A DNA stretch of 64,000 bases, from NCBI GenBank assembly GCA_964036045.1, contig OZ038378.1, positions 49,414,001-49,478,000 on the forward strand, in the 5' to 3' direction. Below the pieces are notes generated by a model. The model saw only the letters and a list, made by a program, of their open reading frames with translations. It searched no databases and had not been told where the DNA came from. Both the position numbers and the translations under genes were made by a program. Shown piece after piece: positions 36,450-49,699 of this stretch. The stretch's first letter is position 1; each line of letters begins with the position of its first letter. Source of the stretch: Eutreptiella sp. 'Long Island Sound 2002'. Lineage: Eukaryota > Protista > Euglenida.

Positions 36450-39400
36450 GTAATTGTGCATTGAGTCTCGGGAGGGGATGCGTCTTTCTTTTTGAGAGGT
36501 CCATCCTCACCTTCAATCTTCACCCTATTATTTTTGTTACCCCACAGTCATTGTGCCTCATGCACATTGAGAAGTCTAGAGGGGTTGTAGTCTCCCACCG
36601 CATAATCGGGTTGCACACTGATCTAATTCTCCCGTTCTTTTCCTATGTTTCTGGTTTTTTTGCGTAGTTTATTCCACCAACATGCATGATGAAGCAACAA
36701 CACCCTCGCCTAGCCGCGCTGCTGAAGTTTTCAGAAACGTGGCTTAGGCCTCCAAAGCCTTGTGCGACCCTACGCCGGCACAGATCAAGAGGACTAAACG
36801 CCGAACGATGGGAATAATGAGACAATCAGCAAAGCAATGTTGAAAATGATGTTGTCTGAGTTGGCGGAACCCAAGCAAATCAAAATCCCTCCAAAAGCAT
36901 AGCCAGGATGTGGCCTATGAGTATGGACAAGTTCACCATATTGATGTAGCAGTGGTGCAAGTGCGTCTCGCAACTTTGAAACCGCATGCACCACACCGCC
37001 ATGGGGAATGTGTCGTTTGGCACTCAAGAGGTGTATGTGGCACATGCACAGCATTTCTGTGCATCGGGTGCCAAGCAAACATGAATTGGATATGCACACC
37101 TCGTTGCGCTCCGGCAAGGGCTTCAGTGACGAAAGATGCATAGTTTGCACTGTTCTTTGACCCCTATCCTTATCTTAAACCAAACATCTGCTACGTAATA
37201 GCGTAGCACCAACGGACTGCTGCGCGCTTTGAATGTCGGAAACAATCCACGGCGAAGAGGAAGGAGGTACCCTCATTTTATCTTGTATGCCCCCGCGGAT
37301 GTGGTTCGGACACACACTCCTGTGGCCACACCTGACCAGATCAGTGGGCAACCGTGATTTGTGGCAAGCATGTAGGTATACCGAGCGGGGACTAAGATCT
37401 AGTTGAAATACCAAAGTGAATCTCGGAGGCAGAACGAAAGATTTGCCTTGGTGTCTGCACTCCGAAAGGTTGACCGATTTGTGGACAGGAACAACCCGTA
37501 GCTTGCCTTCTGCCTCAACAAGTGAGATTGCCATGATTGCAATTGTGTTCAACAAACTGCCACCCCCCCCCCCCCCCGCCCCCTACACCGCCATGAAACA
37601 GGACCACTCTCATGTGTTGCACTTTGCACAGCACATTGTCTCTTATTTGTTTGTTTTTCATCCCCTAAGGAGACTCTCTAGATAGCTTGGATTCCATCAC
37701 ATTGACAGCTCATCTCAATAGACAATTTATGTCAGAATGCCCTAAACAATTCTGCCAAAGTGGTGAAAAAGGTATCCTTGCACTTTGTCCCTTGTGACAT
37801 GCGTTGCACGAATAAGCCAATATTATAACACAACCACAGTGTCGTGGAGTTGTTGTAGAGCCAATTGCGTATCAAAGGTGTCTCGTGTACCACCATCGGA
37901 CCACTGCTAGGACTAGATGCCAACCAATGTCAACAAGTGGTGGGTCTCATGCTATACGCAAAACTATTACCCTATGGACTCAATACACGTTGCTTCGAAT
38001 TGAAGGATTATCGGAATTCGGAGTATGTTCATCGACATGCCGCTGATACAATGATACACGATAGCAGAAGTATGCCCTTCTCTTAAATTGTCTTCGGAGG
38101 GCAAGTTTCGTATGATTTGCACATTCCACATCACGAAATGCATCAAGCGTTTTTTTTAGGGAAGCGTGAATTGGAGTTGCGAGCTAGTGCGCTTTGTGGA
38201 GCGCAAAATGCCTCAGCCTTTGTTTTTTGAGGGGTAAATTGGACCAGGTGCCCGATGTTCCGCTATGCATAGCACATCTACCTGAAAAGCTTCAATACAA
38301 ACGTGGTTTGGTGTCACTAATCACAAGTAAACCGGAGTAACCAGCCCGTTTGCGCAAACCAGTCGGCCAAATTGTGCCATCACGTGGCAATTTGGAAAAT
38401 AGGTGGGATCACCTACTTCTGAGTATACACCATGGAGTGTTGTTGACAAATGCAAAATGTGGATCAATGCTGAATGGTGACCAATACAAGTAATAATCTC
38501 AAAACCAAAGGCGATACCAAGCCTGGACAGCAATTCAGACAAGTTGGCGGTTCTAACCTTTAGATCCATGGGCACATCTGTTTCGATTACTGAGATGGCC
38601 GTTGTTGGCTATGCTCATGACACAATGGGTGGAATGCGGATCTTGTGGTTATGTCACAGGAGGAGTGATCCTCATGGAGCTGCGGATGCACCATTGGTTG
38701 CGTTATGCCCTACAACTCTATTGCCCCACAGTCTTATGCCATGCTGTAATTTGTAACGCCCCCCCCCCCTCCCCCGAGGGGGGTTGCGTTTGAAATTTGA
38801 TTTACAGTACCCCCAAATGTGGCTGCTCTTTCAAATCCTGGTTGTGCGGGAGGATGCGCTTATGGGTGAGGTGCATCTGCTGCTGCACGGTTCTTGGAAA
38901 GGAGGTCCCGATAGGTGTTGTGGGGCGCGGCAACGCATTGAAGTTCTTCGGCGACCAATTGAGGAGGCTGAAGGATTGCCATGGATGGAAGTGGATCACC
39001 GTTACCCTTGATGATAAGAACACCAACACGCCAAGTATGCGGATGGTGTAGACATCTATAGTTTTTGTGTTCCCTCACAAGCTGGGTTTTACAATTCCAA
39101 AAAAAAATTCACCCACCACGGTGATTATTAGACGCACCTGCTTTCGTCTATTTTAGTTTGTTTTCTTCAAGGATGTGAGGATTGAGCCGAGTGCCACCGC
39201 AGCACCAGAGGAGTTGGCATGGCCACGGGCTGTCATCTGCAATGTTATCATGTTACCACAAGTCTACAGATGCCTGACGGAATCAACGTATGTTGTTGGC
39301 CTGCATAGGCAAAGCTTCTAACAAGCGAGGAGTCATCAATTTGTTGCGTACCACAATAGCTCATAAGGGCTGTTTTAATATTGTAGATTGACAGGAATGG

Positions 39401-40003
39401 TATGAGGCATTTGCATATGTGGGCCTGTGTGCGGTTCACAAGGCTGAGTGCCCAAGTGAGGGTGAGATTGATGGGGAGGAGGCTGGAGAGGGGAAAGGGC
39501 GCAACTACCCTACTGACTTACCCGTGGCCACGAAGCGTATGCCCTTGCACACAACTCCTCGAGCAAACAAGAACACCACCCCCGCCTAGAGAACAACCCC
39601 CAGACATCCATGTTCTCCTCTTCCATGGCAACCTTGGCTAGCAAGGCCAACCCCGCCAAGCCTACTCCCACCTAGGGAAAGAAATGAGTTCCTTGGAACC
39701 GGTCAGAGCCTGGGGTAAACAGATGGGGTAACAGTGGTGCTCACTAAGCATACACTTTGCACTTGCTAACTCCGAAGGGCAGGGGCCTCCTATTGATAGG
39801 TCACGCTTTTGCCGAAGGACGTGGTTGGCAACCACGAACGCATTGTTACAGAAAATGTCAAAATAAACGTACCTCAAGATATCATCAATGGGCTACCGCA
39901 CGTGGGATGTTGTGTGTGGTGTTAACACGGCCCCAAAAGAGAGGTGAAAAATACCTCTCCCCCTGCCTAAAGCTCCCAAGACCAGAAGACGTGGATGTTG
40001 ACT

Positions 40004-40240
40004 TGTGTTGTGTTGTGTTGTGTTGCGTAGCATTGTGTTGTGTTGTGTTGTGTTGTGTTGTATTGTGTTGTGTGGTGTTGTGTTGTGTCGTGTTGTGTTG
40101 TGTTGTGTTGTGTTGTGTTGTGTTGTGTTGTGTTGTGTTGTGTTGTGTTGTGTTGTGTTGTGTTGTGTTGTGTTGTGTTGTGGTGTGGTGTGTTGTGTTG
40201 TGTTGTGTTGTGTTGTGTTGTGTTGTGTTGTGTTGTGTTG
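40004..40240 (+). repeat. (TGTTG)n pentanucleotide microsatellite, about 47 units
   Basis: Nearly perfect 5-bp periodicity. Confidence 0.97.
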
Positions 40241-40429
40241 CCTGTGCGGAGGACTCCGTTTTGAGCCTTGGGAGGGTTTACACTGGCGCCGCCGCCGCGT
40301 ATGGATATGTTTACGCCTCAGGCCCCAACGCGCGGTCGTGCCATAGCGTTGGACCTATGCCCCTCGCCTCCTCTCCCCTTTCAGTGACATCCAATGGAAG
40401 ACTCCATGCATTGTGAGGTCTTCGTGGCC

Positions 40430-40900
40430 CGTTTTGGCCATGCTAAAATCCCAAAATGCCTTGAAAATGGGCCGTTTGGGGACAAACAAATGTGTCAAAT
40501 GGGTCAAAGCCGTTTTTTTTTAAATGATCCTCGACCATTTGGGGTGCCTAAGTGAAATGAGCACATTTTGAGCACATTGCAAGCCTTTTTGGCGCCTCGA
40601 AAGTCACAAAATGCCTTGAAAATGGGTTCTTTTGCGTCCAAAAATGAATCAACAATGTGTTTTTCCACAAATGATTGCAGACGGTTTTGGGTGCCTAAAC
40701 AACTGAAATGAGCTCTTTTCGAGCACATTGCAAGCCATTTTGGCCATTCCAAAGTCCCAAAATGCCTTGAAAATGTGTTGTTTTCGGACCAATAATCAGT
40801 CACAAATGGATAAAAAATATGTGTTTCCAAAAATCTTTTTGGAGTATTTGGGGTGCACAAACAAGTGGAACGAGCCCATTCCGAGCCCATGTTGAACAAT
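40430..40900 (+). repeat. Three degenerate ~150-bp tandem units; related copy at about 30430-30560
   Basis: AAATGCCTTGAAAATG recurs at 40454, 40609 and 40760, with GAGCACATTGCAAGCC and TTTGGGGTGC shared among units. Confidence 0.7.
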
Positions 40901-41649
40901 TTTAGCCCCTGTCAAGGCCGAAGGGGCCTTGAAAGTGGGCCCATTGTACCACAAATGGCTTAAAACAGGGTCAAACCCATGGTTTCTTCAAAAGTGATCC
41001 AAGTCCAGTTGTGGTGCCCAAACAGATGAATATAGGTCATTTTGAGCTCTTTTTGACCCGCTCTCTTCCACTTTCCAGTGTGTACCTCACTGGTCGGTGA
41101 AGTCTCCCAAACAATGTTCTTTCCCCAACTAGCTAAGTCCCAATATTCAATCATGGTTAGACTCCGGTCTTGCATTGAATTCGCCATGGCCGACTACCAC
41201 CTCTTGGTCGTTTTGATGTCCTAGACACTCTGAATCCTCCAAACCCGAAACCCGTAGAAGGGAGACAATAAAAATGTGTACATCGGGTCGGCATTTTAGG
41301 GTTAGGAAACAGTCCTACAAGGACCAAATGCACAATGCTCACAGACATTGTTGAAAGCAAAGTGTCCTATTCCAAATCTATGAGCACCACTAGTGTAGGA
41401 TTGCACACATCCAAAGCCACAATTGTTGTGTCTCGTATTGCCTGAAGTACAACAAAGACGCCTTATACACACAACCATCCATGCCAATTGAACAAACACG
41501 ATACAAGGAACAGTGCCACTAGACCGCCCCCGGTAAGCTGTGCCCGCTTTTGCCAAGCACTTGTGCAAGGCGTCTACACACAACTACGGTCATGCCGGTG
41601 TGCATGCCCATATGTTGGTTGCATTAGGAGCACCGCGAGGTTGCTCACC

Positions 41650-43520
41650 AAACACCGCGTGTGAATTCTTTGGAGGGTCTAGATCCTCCAAACAGGCATT
41701 GCGGTCTACTCCTCTTTACAAGGGTTAGAATGTCAAGCATGGATTCAGTGCAGGGTCTAGGAGCTCCAAAGAACCAACCTATGGGTCCTCTAGACGAGGA
41801 GTGCGAGGCCACATATTGATTCCCTAGAGGCCAAAGCATCAGCGTGTGGTGTGGGGTCCGCTCCACAAGGCTTATAAACCTACATGTTGAGGCCTTGGTG
41901 GGTTGGGACCCCCCAAAGAATTAGCGTGTGGGGTACACCCCCCTTTGCAAGGCAAACAGGGTTAAACTTTGATTCATTGGCAGGGGTAGACCCTCTAAAG
42001 AAGTAGCGCATGGGGTGTTTTTCCATTTATAAGGGGTATAGTGCCACACATTGATTCATCACCATGTCTCGACCCTCCAAGAATCAATATGCGGGGCCTA
42101 CTCTTGTCCACAGGTGGTATCACGCCACGTGTTGATGGATTTGAGGGTCTAGACCCTCTGAAAAATATCAATTTGAAGGCTCCACTCCCATCAACAAGGG
42201 GCAGAGGGCCACGTGTTGATTCCTTCGAGGGTCTAGACCGTGCAACGAATCATCGTGTGATGTCTACTCCCCTCCAAAGGGGGTATGCGGCAACGGATTA
42301 ATTCCTTGCAGTGTTTGTTTTTTGGAGTGATACAGACACTCCTAAGGTTGAAAATGCGGGGTCTATTGCCCTCAACAAGCGGTATGTTGCTACACGTTGA
42401 TTCATGAGACCGTCTAGGCCCCCCCCCCAAAAGAATGGGTGGTGCCCGCTCCCCGTTAGAAGGGCAAAAAGGCCATAGGTGGATGCCCTGGAGGGTGTAG
42501 ATCCTCTAAGCAGTAAACAAGTAAAGTGTAGTCATCCCCACAAGGGGCGTACGCCCGCGCATGGATTAGGTGGAGGGTTTCGAAACTCCGCATCAATCAA
42601 CGTGTGGGTTCTACTCCCCTCGACAAGGGGTGCAAGGCCACCCATTGATTTATTGGAGGGTCTATGCACACCACAGAACGAGAGCAGAGCACACCCGACG
42701 CATTGATTGTTTGGAGGTTCGAGAAGTTGTTAAGACCCCTTGTAAGCGGGAGTAGGTACTACTGGTTTCCCTCCAAAGTATCAACACGTGGCCTTGTACC
42801 CCCTGTATAGGGGAGCAGACCGCACACCCCAAGTTTGCAAATAGTCAATACGCTCGTTTTACTCCCCTCTCATCCTTTTGACGGTCTAGTCCCTCCAACA
42901 AATCAATGGGGGGCCTTGCACCCCTTGTCCAGGAGAGTGGAACCCACACGTTGATTGATATGGAGGCTGTACAACCTCCACATAATCAATTCGTGGGACT
43001 ATTCCGCTTGTGGAGGTGAGTAGACCTTAGGAGCTCACTGTTTGGAGGATCTGCACCCTCCAAAGACTCCACCCGGAGCCCTTTTGCCCCTCTAGAGGGC
43101 AGTAGGCCCCAAGGGTCTCTATCCTCCGGAGAATCAATTTGTGGCAACATATCCCTTGTTGAGGGGAGTGGACCCCACCGCTGCAATCTTTGGAGGGTCT
43201 AGACCATTCAATGAACACCCCACACATTGATTCTGTAGGGGGTTTGTATGACACCAAACAACAAGCGTCTGGCACTAAACGTCAACACGTGGTGTTTTAC
43301 CCACGTGGCCAAGAGTAAGCTCCACAAATTGATTGTTGGAGGGTTGGAACCCTTTGTTGAATCAACGTGTGGCGTTATACCTCTTATATAGGGAGGTAAA
43401 GCCCACAGGAGGACCCATAGGTTGGCTCTTTGGAGCTCCCAAACGCTGCACCGAATCGGTCCCAACCCGCTATAGGATCCACCGGTGGGCTATACACCCG
43501 TCTACGAGGGGTATAGGGCC
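41650..43520 (-). repeat. Left array of degenerate ~82-bp hairpin units
   Basis: Repeated GAGGGTCTAGACCCTC palindromes with spacer GTCTACTCCCCT...AAGGGGTAT..GGCCAC, the reverse complement of the right-array spacer. Confidence 0.8.
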
Positions 43521-44157
43521 ACATATTGTTTCGGTTGTACCAGAACCAATCCGCACTCTTTGGCCTCCTTCTTTGTGACACGGCATGGCACGTACACTGG
43601 TGACCATTTGTACTATTATCGAACGGGAGTTAAGAGGTCGTTGGAATATAGCATTTCAATTTGCATGATGTCACCGCAATTTTGACGTTTTTTCCGGAAA
43701 ATGCTACATGTTTGGATCCTTTTTGAAGGATTTCAAGGCGTAAAAGTCATGCCCCAATTTCATTACGCATCATGTAGCCAAAGACCCACCCCAACAGCAT
43801 CCACCGCAGCCAAATGACACCAAAAGCGAAAAGTGGCAAAGCCGGGCAAGTCTTTGGGCTAGCCGAAGACATGAATTGGTGCGAATTCGCATGAAATTCG
43901 GACAAGTTTGGTACGAATTTGGTGCACATTTGGTACCAATTTCGTACCGAATAACCTCACTTTCACCCTTGGCCACCCCCACGTTTGCCCTAACGCCCGG
44001 ACTATGCACCCTCGGTACCCTGACATGCACCACCGCCCCGGGCAACATTAGGACTTGTTCCTGTTCCATTCTCACATCCTCTTCTTGTGGCATCGGAACC
44101 GCCAGTCGAGAGTCTGAAAGTGTTGCATGTCGGTTAGAAGCCGTCTTCCTGTACAGC

Positions 44158-44802
44158 TTATTTACCTTTGTATAGTGATGGGCCCTTGCGCACGCCATGC
44201 ACTTTTGGGTGCATCGGAGCCACACACCGCCATATATCATCAATACCGTGGTTGTGTGCAACAACTTGCACCCCTAGTCTCCCCAGCCGGAGGCTCAACC
44301 CCTCGTTGTTGCGCATCATGCTTGTCAGCCTCCGGTGAATCACCGTCATGGCAAAGCAGGAGAACTCTGACGTCTTTCTCCACTTCTTTGCAAAAAAAAA
44401 TGTTGACGCAAAGATGCATCCACAAAAGTTTGCCCCACTAGAGCTCATTGTGGGCAGTGCCCATGGCTCTTTGATTTCTTCGAAGCCGCCCGAAGTCACC
44501 TCTAGAGAACCAGGTCCAACGTAAGGCCAACACACACATGCTTGCAAATTTCCCCACCGGGTTTTGCACACCGACTCCCAACTTTTCCCTACTACTAGAT
44601 GTTGCTCCACACTGGTGTGTTGTAGGCAAGCATCAATCACCTTTTCCCATCCCGTGTTGCGCAAGAAATGTATGGTTGCAACACACTCCATCCTTACCGT
44701 GCCCTTGTTGTCAGCCTTCTTATTATTTAATGAGGAAGGAGCGCAAGTTTTTGCAACAAGCGGTGCCTCATCTAACATGGGTTGCAAGATGGTGCGTGCC
44801 AC
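44158..44802 (-). CDS. Hypothetical ORF (214 aa) inside the hairpin-bounded element
   Basis: Open frame containing a HFLRNTGW motif; no confident family. Confidence 0.25.
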   Translation of the reverse strand: MARTILQPMLDEAPLVAKTCAPSSLNNKKADNKGTVRMECVATIHFLRNTGWEKVIDACLQHTSVEQHLVVGKSWESVCKTRWGNLQACVCWPYVGPGSLEVTSGGFEEIKEPWALPTMSSSGANFCGCIFASTFFFAKKWRKTSEFSCFAMTVIHRRLTSMMRNNEGLSLRLGRLGVQVVAHNHGIDDIWRCVAPMHPKVHGVRKGPSLYKGK

Positions 44803-45949
44803 AGAGGCAGCTGCTTACGAGGCCCATAGTGCCCCCTATCGTTTTAGCGAAAAAAGGGGTGATAGGTGGTTTTTTGCATGTGCTAAAATAGGGTTGCAAA
44901 TGTGCATTTGTGCATCACGCTAGGCTTTGCAGAGGCCAGACCAGTTGTGTCAGTCATTTTAGGCTCTAATATTACACATTTTGGATCTGTGGGCTCCGCA
45001 GAGCCGAGGCTACAAGTTCTTCCCTTTGTGCCCACCCCCGTTACAACAATTGGCTCATGTATATAGTCGTCAAGTGGCCACGCGACACGGCGCCGGGTGA
45101 AGTGGTATACCTTTCTGGACGCTCTAACGTAGTGAGCCTAAGCATTGCCCCTGATTCGGTCACTAAGAAGAGGAATCAAGGATACAACTCCTGCATGCAT
45201 GACTTCTGGGCAATGATCCAAGACACATGCCACACCAGGCACCGCATCATCTAGATGGCAGTGTCAAAAATCACGCCTGTATTGGGCTGTCCCACAACCT
45301 AGGCTCTGCAGAGCCCAGCATTCGTGTACTTGGTTGCTTATCAGGGTATCTCTGTTGGCCAGGCCCGGCAGAGCCCAGACCTTCACAATGTCCCATTTTT
45401 ATTCCTTTTTGGTGACATAATAGCCCCATGACACTTTAAAACTTATTGTACATGTGGTCTGCTGTGAAATCTTTCTATGCCTTTCTGCCGTGTTGCTCTT
45501 GTATCGTGAAGTACAATGGTGCAACCGTGGTAATATGTAAGTATCACAGTTAGGAGCCGTTAGGGAGTACTATACAACAAGCCTTAGAGTGTTTGCACGC
45601 AGGTGTAGTTGGAGCTTGGTGAAGTGATTTTTCTGTTGCTGTCGCGTGTCTGATTCTATTAGAGTTTTGGGACACATTTTTTGCAATATACCCTAGTCCA
45701 TTGCAGTTGACTTTTGTGCATACTGTGCAGTGTCGTCATATTTACTATCTGGCCAGATGTCTCATATATTCAGTACGTGTAACATGCTATTTTCTTTTTA
45801 CAACAGCCATGGCTCATTCTCCACATGTTAGACGTACGGAGGTGGATGTAGTGGGTGCCGGCCAGGATACCGGAGGAGATGAGGTTGTAGGTCCTTTACC
45901 TTTAAGGGTCCCATCGAACCGGCGAAACAGCAGCGCGTGCTGCAGCTAG

Positions 45950-46400
45950 GCGCGCCTTGCAAGAGGCAATTATGTCTACGGGGTCGGCACCCCCATCCCC
46001 ACCGCGGCCACCAAAGTTTGTCCCAAAGGATCAGCCAACCCCATAAAAGGCCTCCCTCAATGACCCATTGACTCCGAAGACAATGGAGTTGTTGAGGGAC
46101 AACAGTGGTGGCCAGGCACGATGGTTCGTGCAATACATTTGGGGCCTTCGTGCACGGGTCTGTTTCGCATTGCGGAACCCAATGCGCCACCCCTTTGTCA
46201 CATGGCAACAACGACATCGGATATGCCGATCCCATTTTCTGTCACGCAGCGAGGAGCGGGGTGCATTGATCTTGAATACACTAAATCCGGAGTCACGTCC
46301 CCTTGTTGAGTCGTCTTCCCACCCCCGTATCCCACCTCCTCGGCCTCTTCCTCCGGCGCATGCCGACCAACCCACACTTACAGAGATTGATCGGCACAAC
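45950..46400 (+). pseudogene. Decayed hypothetical ORF inside the element
   Basis: RRALQEAIMSTG...PKFVPKDQP*..LTPKTMELLRDNSGGQARWFVQYIWGLRARVCFALRNP; protein-like composition but no family. Confidence 0.25.
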
Positions 46401-47335
46401 TCCGATCACCAGCACATGCGGTCCCTTCGACCACTTGTGGAGGTAAAACACACCGGTAGGCAGTCAAAATACAGCCTGTTGCCACTTGTGCCTATGCCAC
46501 ATAGAAGCAACCCCCATGCCTTGAGTCGCACCCCAATCACCTCTAGTGATAGGCATCCAGTTAGTGCCTCGGTGCACCTGCCTGATAATGGGATATCCCC
46601 AAGGAATTCCCTATTGAACCCCCCCCCCCCCGGCACCGGTGCACTTCCGTGTTGCCCACTGTTGCTTTTGCGGACAAGCAACAGACCGCGAGGCACTCAC
46701 CGTTGCCACATGTGCATGTAGCATTGTCACCGGGTGTCGCTTTATCTGCGTCCCCACAACCATCTGATGTCCCAGTAAAGAGAAATGGTCAGTATCTGTC
46801 GCGGTGCTCATCACTATCTGATATGCCACCGGCCAAATACTGGAAAATTATGTGACCTTCGGCACCATTAAGTGTTTGGCCTAGTTCCCACATGTGTGTT
46901 ATGCACCCCATACTTATCACTTTTAGGGACCCTTGGCTGTGGAGAGCCCAGCTTGCGCCAAATGCTACTTCTAGTCCTTCTCAGTTACTTGCCCGTGGCT
47001 CCCTATGTCCCCTCTGTCTATTACACGGCCCGCCATTACCAATTTCCGGATGCTGGGCTCTGCACAGCCCAGCCTTTTTGAAAAACCTAATATCATGTCT
47101 TCTATGCATGCTAGCTGCAATGCAAGCGCGTACTTCATTTACCTCGCGTGTGAATTCAGCCTCCACTACGCACGGTATGTGCTAGTCCACGCCTATTGCT
47201 AGTTTCCTGCTCTAGTTACCGCCTCTTCGTGTTGCGCCACCCATGCTGTTTCTCACTATGGCACCGGTTTCTATGATGTTGCATGTTACCTACATGTGAT
47301 CTCTTTGTAAGGAACAATGGCGCACTGGCCGCCGA

Positions 47336-49699
47336 ATGATATTGTCGGCTATGCGCCATGGTGTGCAGCAGGATTTTGTACCATTCTATGCGGGTCTACG
47401 TGTTAACAAGCAGTCGCGCATTACACTTGACCGCATTCGCAAGGCGGCGCTAGGAAAACAATGGCCGCGTTGGCAAACGAATTTTTCCAAGGGGGCTTGT
47501 TATGTATGGCTGGGTATGCGTCGCATGGCGTTGCCACAAGCTGCCGTCCCTACTGGTGAGAGCACCATTGATGTCATGCGGGCCGACATCCGCAAGCTAG
47601 TGCACGCACCTCTCACCAAGCCATCCTGGTTTTCTATTGCAGACTAGGGGGCATTGCAGTTCCTCAAACTATGGCGTAGCATTGTCCGGTGTGATATTGT
47701 GGTGTGCGTGCACAACTGGTGGCATGCCTGGTTTCGGGCCAATCTAGTGAAACCCGGTGTTAGTCTAGATGTCACCGCAATAGCGGTGTTGCACACAACC
47801 TGCCTTCCCCTTTTTCTTGGTCACCCGAGTCTGCAAGACCTAGTGGGCCGGGTTGACACAGTGGCCATGGCAGTTGTTCAACCGGTCACAGAAATGTTGA
47901 CGATGTGCCCTTATATGTGCAATGCACCCATTTCCTGGGGAGCCATCCGTGCCCCCCTTGATATTGCCCGGGAGGTTCTTAGACAGCAACTCTTTTGGAA
48001 GCCATTTGGCATATGTGAGTCCCGTATAGGACAGAACCAAGAGCTCTTGGATCTCCTCAGAATTGCCACGGAATACCCAACGGCATTGTCCGAACCCTAT
48101 GGCATTGCCCGTTGATTGCAACATCCACTGGCGGGTGCTCAAATTTTTGTTCTCTAGAGCAACCATTGACTGGAATGTTCCGGATGTGTTGCGCGGTATC
48201 TCATTAATTAACGGCGTGTGGCAGCCCTACAAACATGTTTGCAATATCTTGTGGCGTAAATTGTTTCCTTTGTTCCCGTATAGCACCGCTCCCGTGTTGG
48301 GGGCCGGTGCGCGCATGTATGACCAACCCAAACTTATTGTCGTAGAGAAAACTATTGTTGTGCTCTTTCTTGCAGCCCCAAACATACGGGCACAACTGCG
48401 GCAGAAAATTACCCCGTTTGAGGGACATGCCCACCAAGCAGCCCCAAACAACCAGGATGGGTTGCGCATCGTTGTGTACCTTGCGTGAACCGTCCGTTTG
48501 AATGGGATATTCACGGTACCGTGAATTTGACAACTTTTTGCTGTGTTTTGCGCGTAACTTGGTGCCATCGTGTGCGTTTCTCGTGCTATCTTCGCCCAAA
48601 GTGTGGTAGAATAAATGTGTGCAAATTAGAGGTTTCAAGTAGCCACATGGTTCAACATATTTAGTGGGATTCGGTGGCATCTAAAATTGACGCAGCCAAA
48701 TTCACACATGAATTCACGCTAGGTTCACATATTCACTAGACTGTTGAATTCGTACGAAATTCGTTCCTATGAAATGGGGGCCTCGGGGGCCATGGGGGCC
48801 TTGAATCCCTCCTTAATTGTTACCTCCCCGCCATCTTTGTAGTGGGTCACTTAGTGCGTATTTGCATTTGGGACGGACGCCGCGATGCGTCGGGTATAGT
48901 AGCCACGTGTGTACTTTAGCGTTGTGTGGGTCTACTTGTTGACTTTGCCGGTCCACGTGCAGCGACCATATGCTGCGCACTTCTGTACAATACGCAAGAG
49001 AACGACGACACGCCTAGTGCCGCCCACGTGGAGGAATGTTGTGAGGCCCTGCTCGCAAAATTGCGGGCACGGTGCAAGCCACACCCCGACAAGCACACCG
49101 CAAATGAGGCTGGTGACCTTTTTTGCACAATGCCCCCCCCATCAGCAGGCACGTGCAACGGCGTCCCTCTTTGAAAGTTTGTGTGTGTAGAGGGGCGGGA
49201 GAGGGTACGGGCAGTGATACGTGGTGCAAGACGGGAGGAGCATTCCACTGTGCAATGGGCCTCGGGTCCAGTGACTGTGGTTGAGGCAAAAAGGGACACA
49301 ACGTACGTGTTCCCCAAAAAGGGAACCAGGGGTACGCTAATTATCGCGTTTATGAATTGTATTCTAAAGCGCTTTCTGCGCACCCTCGTAGGTGGACAAA
49401 GGCTCCGCGATGATGCCATGGATTACATACGGCAACATATCCCACTTAGGCTAGCTATGAACCGCCGGAAGGCCCGGGGAGCTGTAGAAACAGGTGGGTT
49501 CATACCAGTTGCAATGGAGCACATTGTTCCCCCAGTGCCAAATACAATGTTCATTGATCATGTGCTTGTCCCCCCTGAGGATGGTGTACATGTGATCCGG
49601 GCCACGGATGTTGTAGATGTTGACGCCGCCTCTGATGGCCCTTTACCTGTTGTGCTCGGTGAGGAGTTGCGTGAATATGACGTGATAGATTCGGATTGA
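47336..49699 (+). pseudogene. Putative RNase H-fold transposase-like gene (DUF6589-like), with stops and frameshifts
   Basis: Co-oriented ORFs 47336..47647, 47654..48115, 48063..48488, 48926..49174 and 49181..49699. Motifs VVCVHNWWH, LPVDCNIHWRVLK, NGVWQPYKHVCNILWRKLF and HVEECCEALL fit a D-x-N...R / G-x-x-H pattern; family call is tentative. Confidence 0.4.

Noticed and set aside
36151-36516. HITS-repeat protein ORF
   Set aside because: It is a translation of the (TGTGA)n microsatellite.
39757-40416. Cys/Val-rich (VVLCC)n ORFs
   Set aside because: They are translations of the (TGTTG)n microsatellite.
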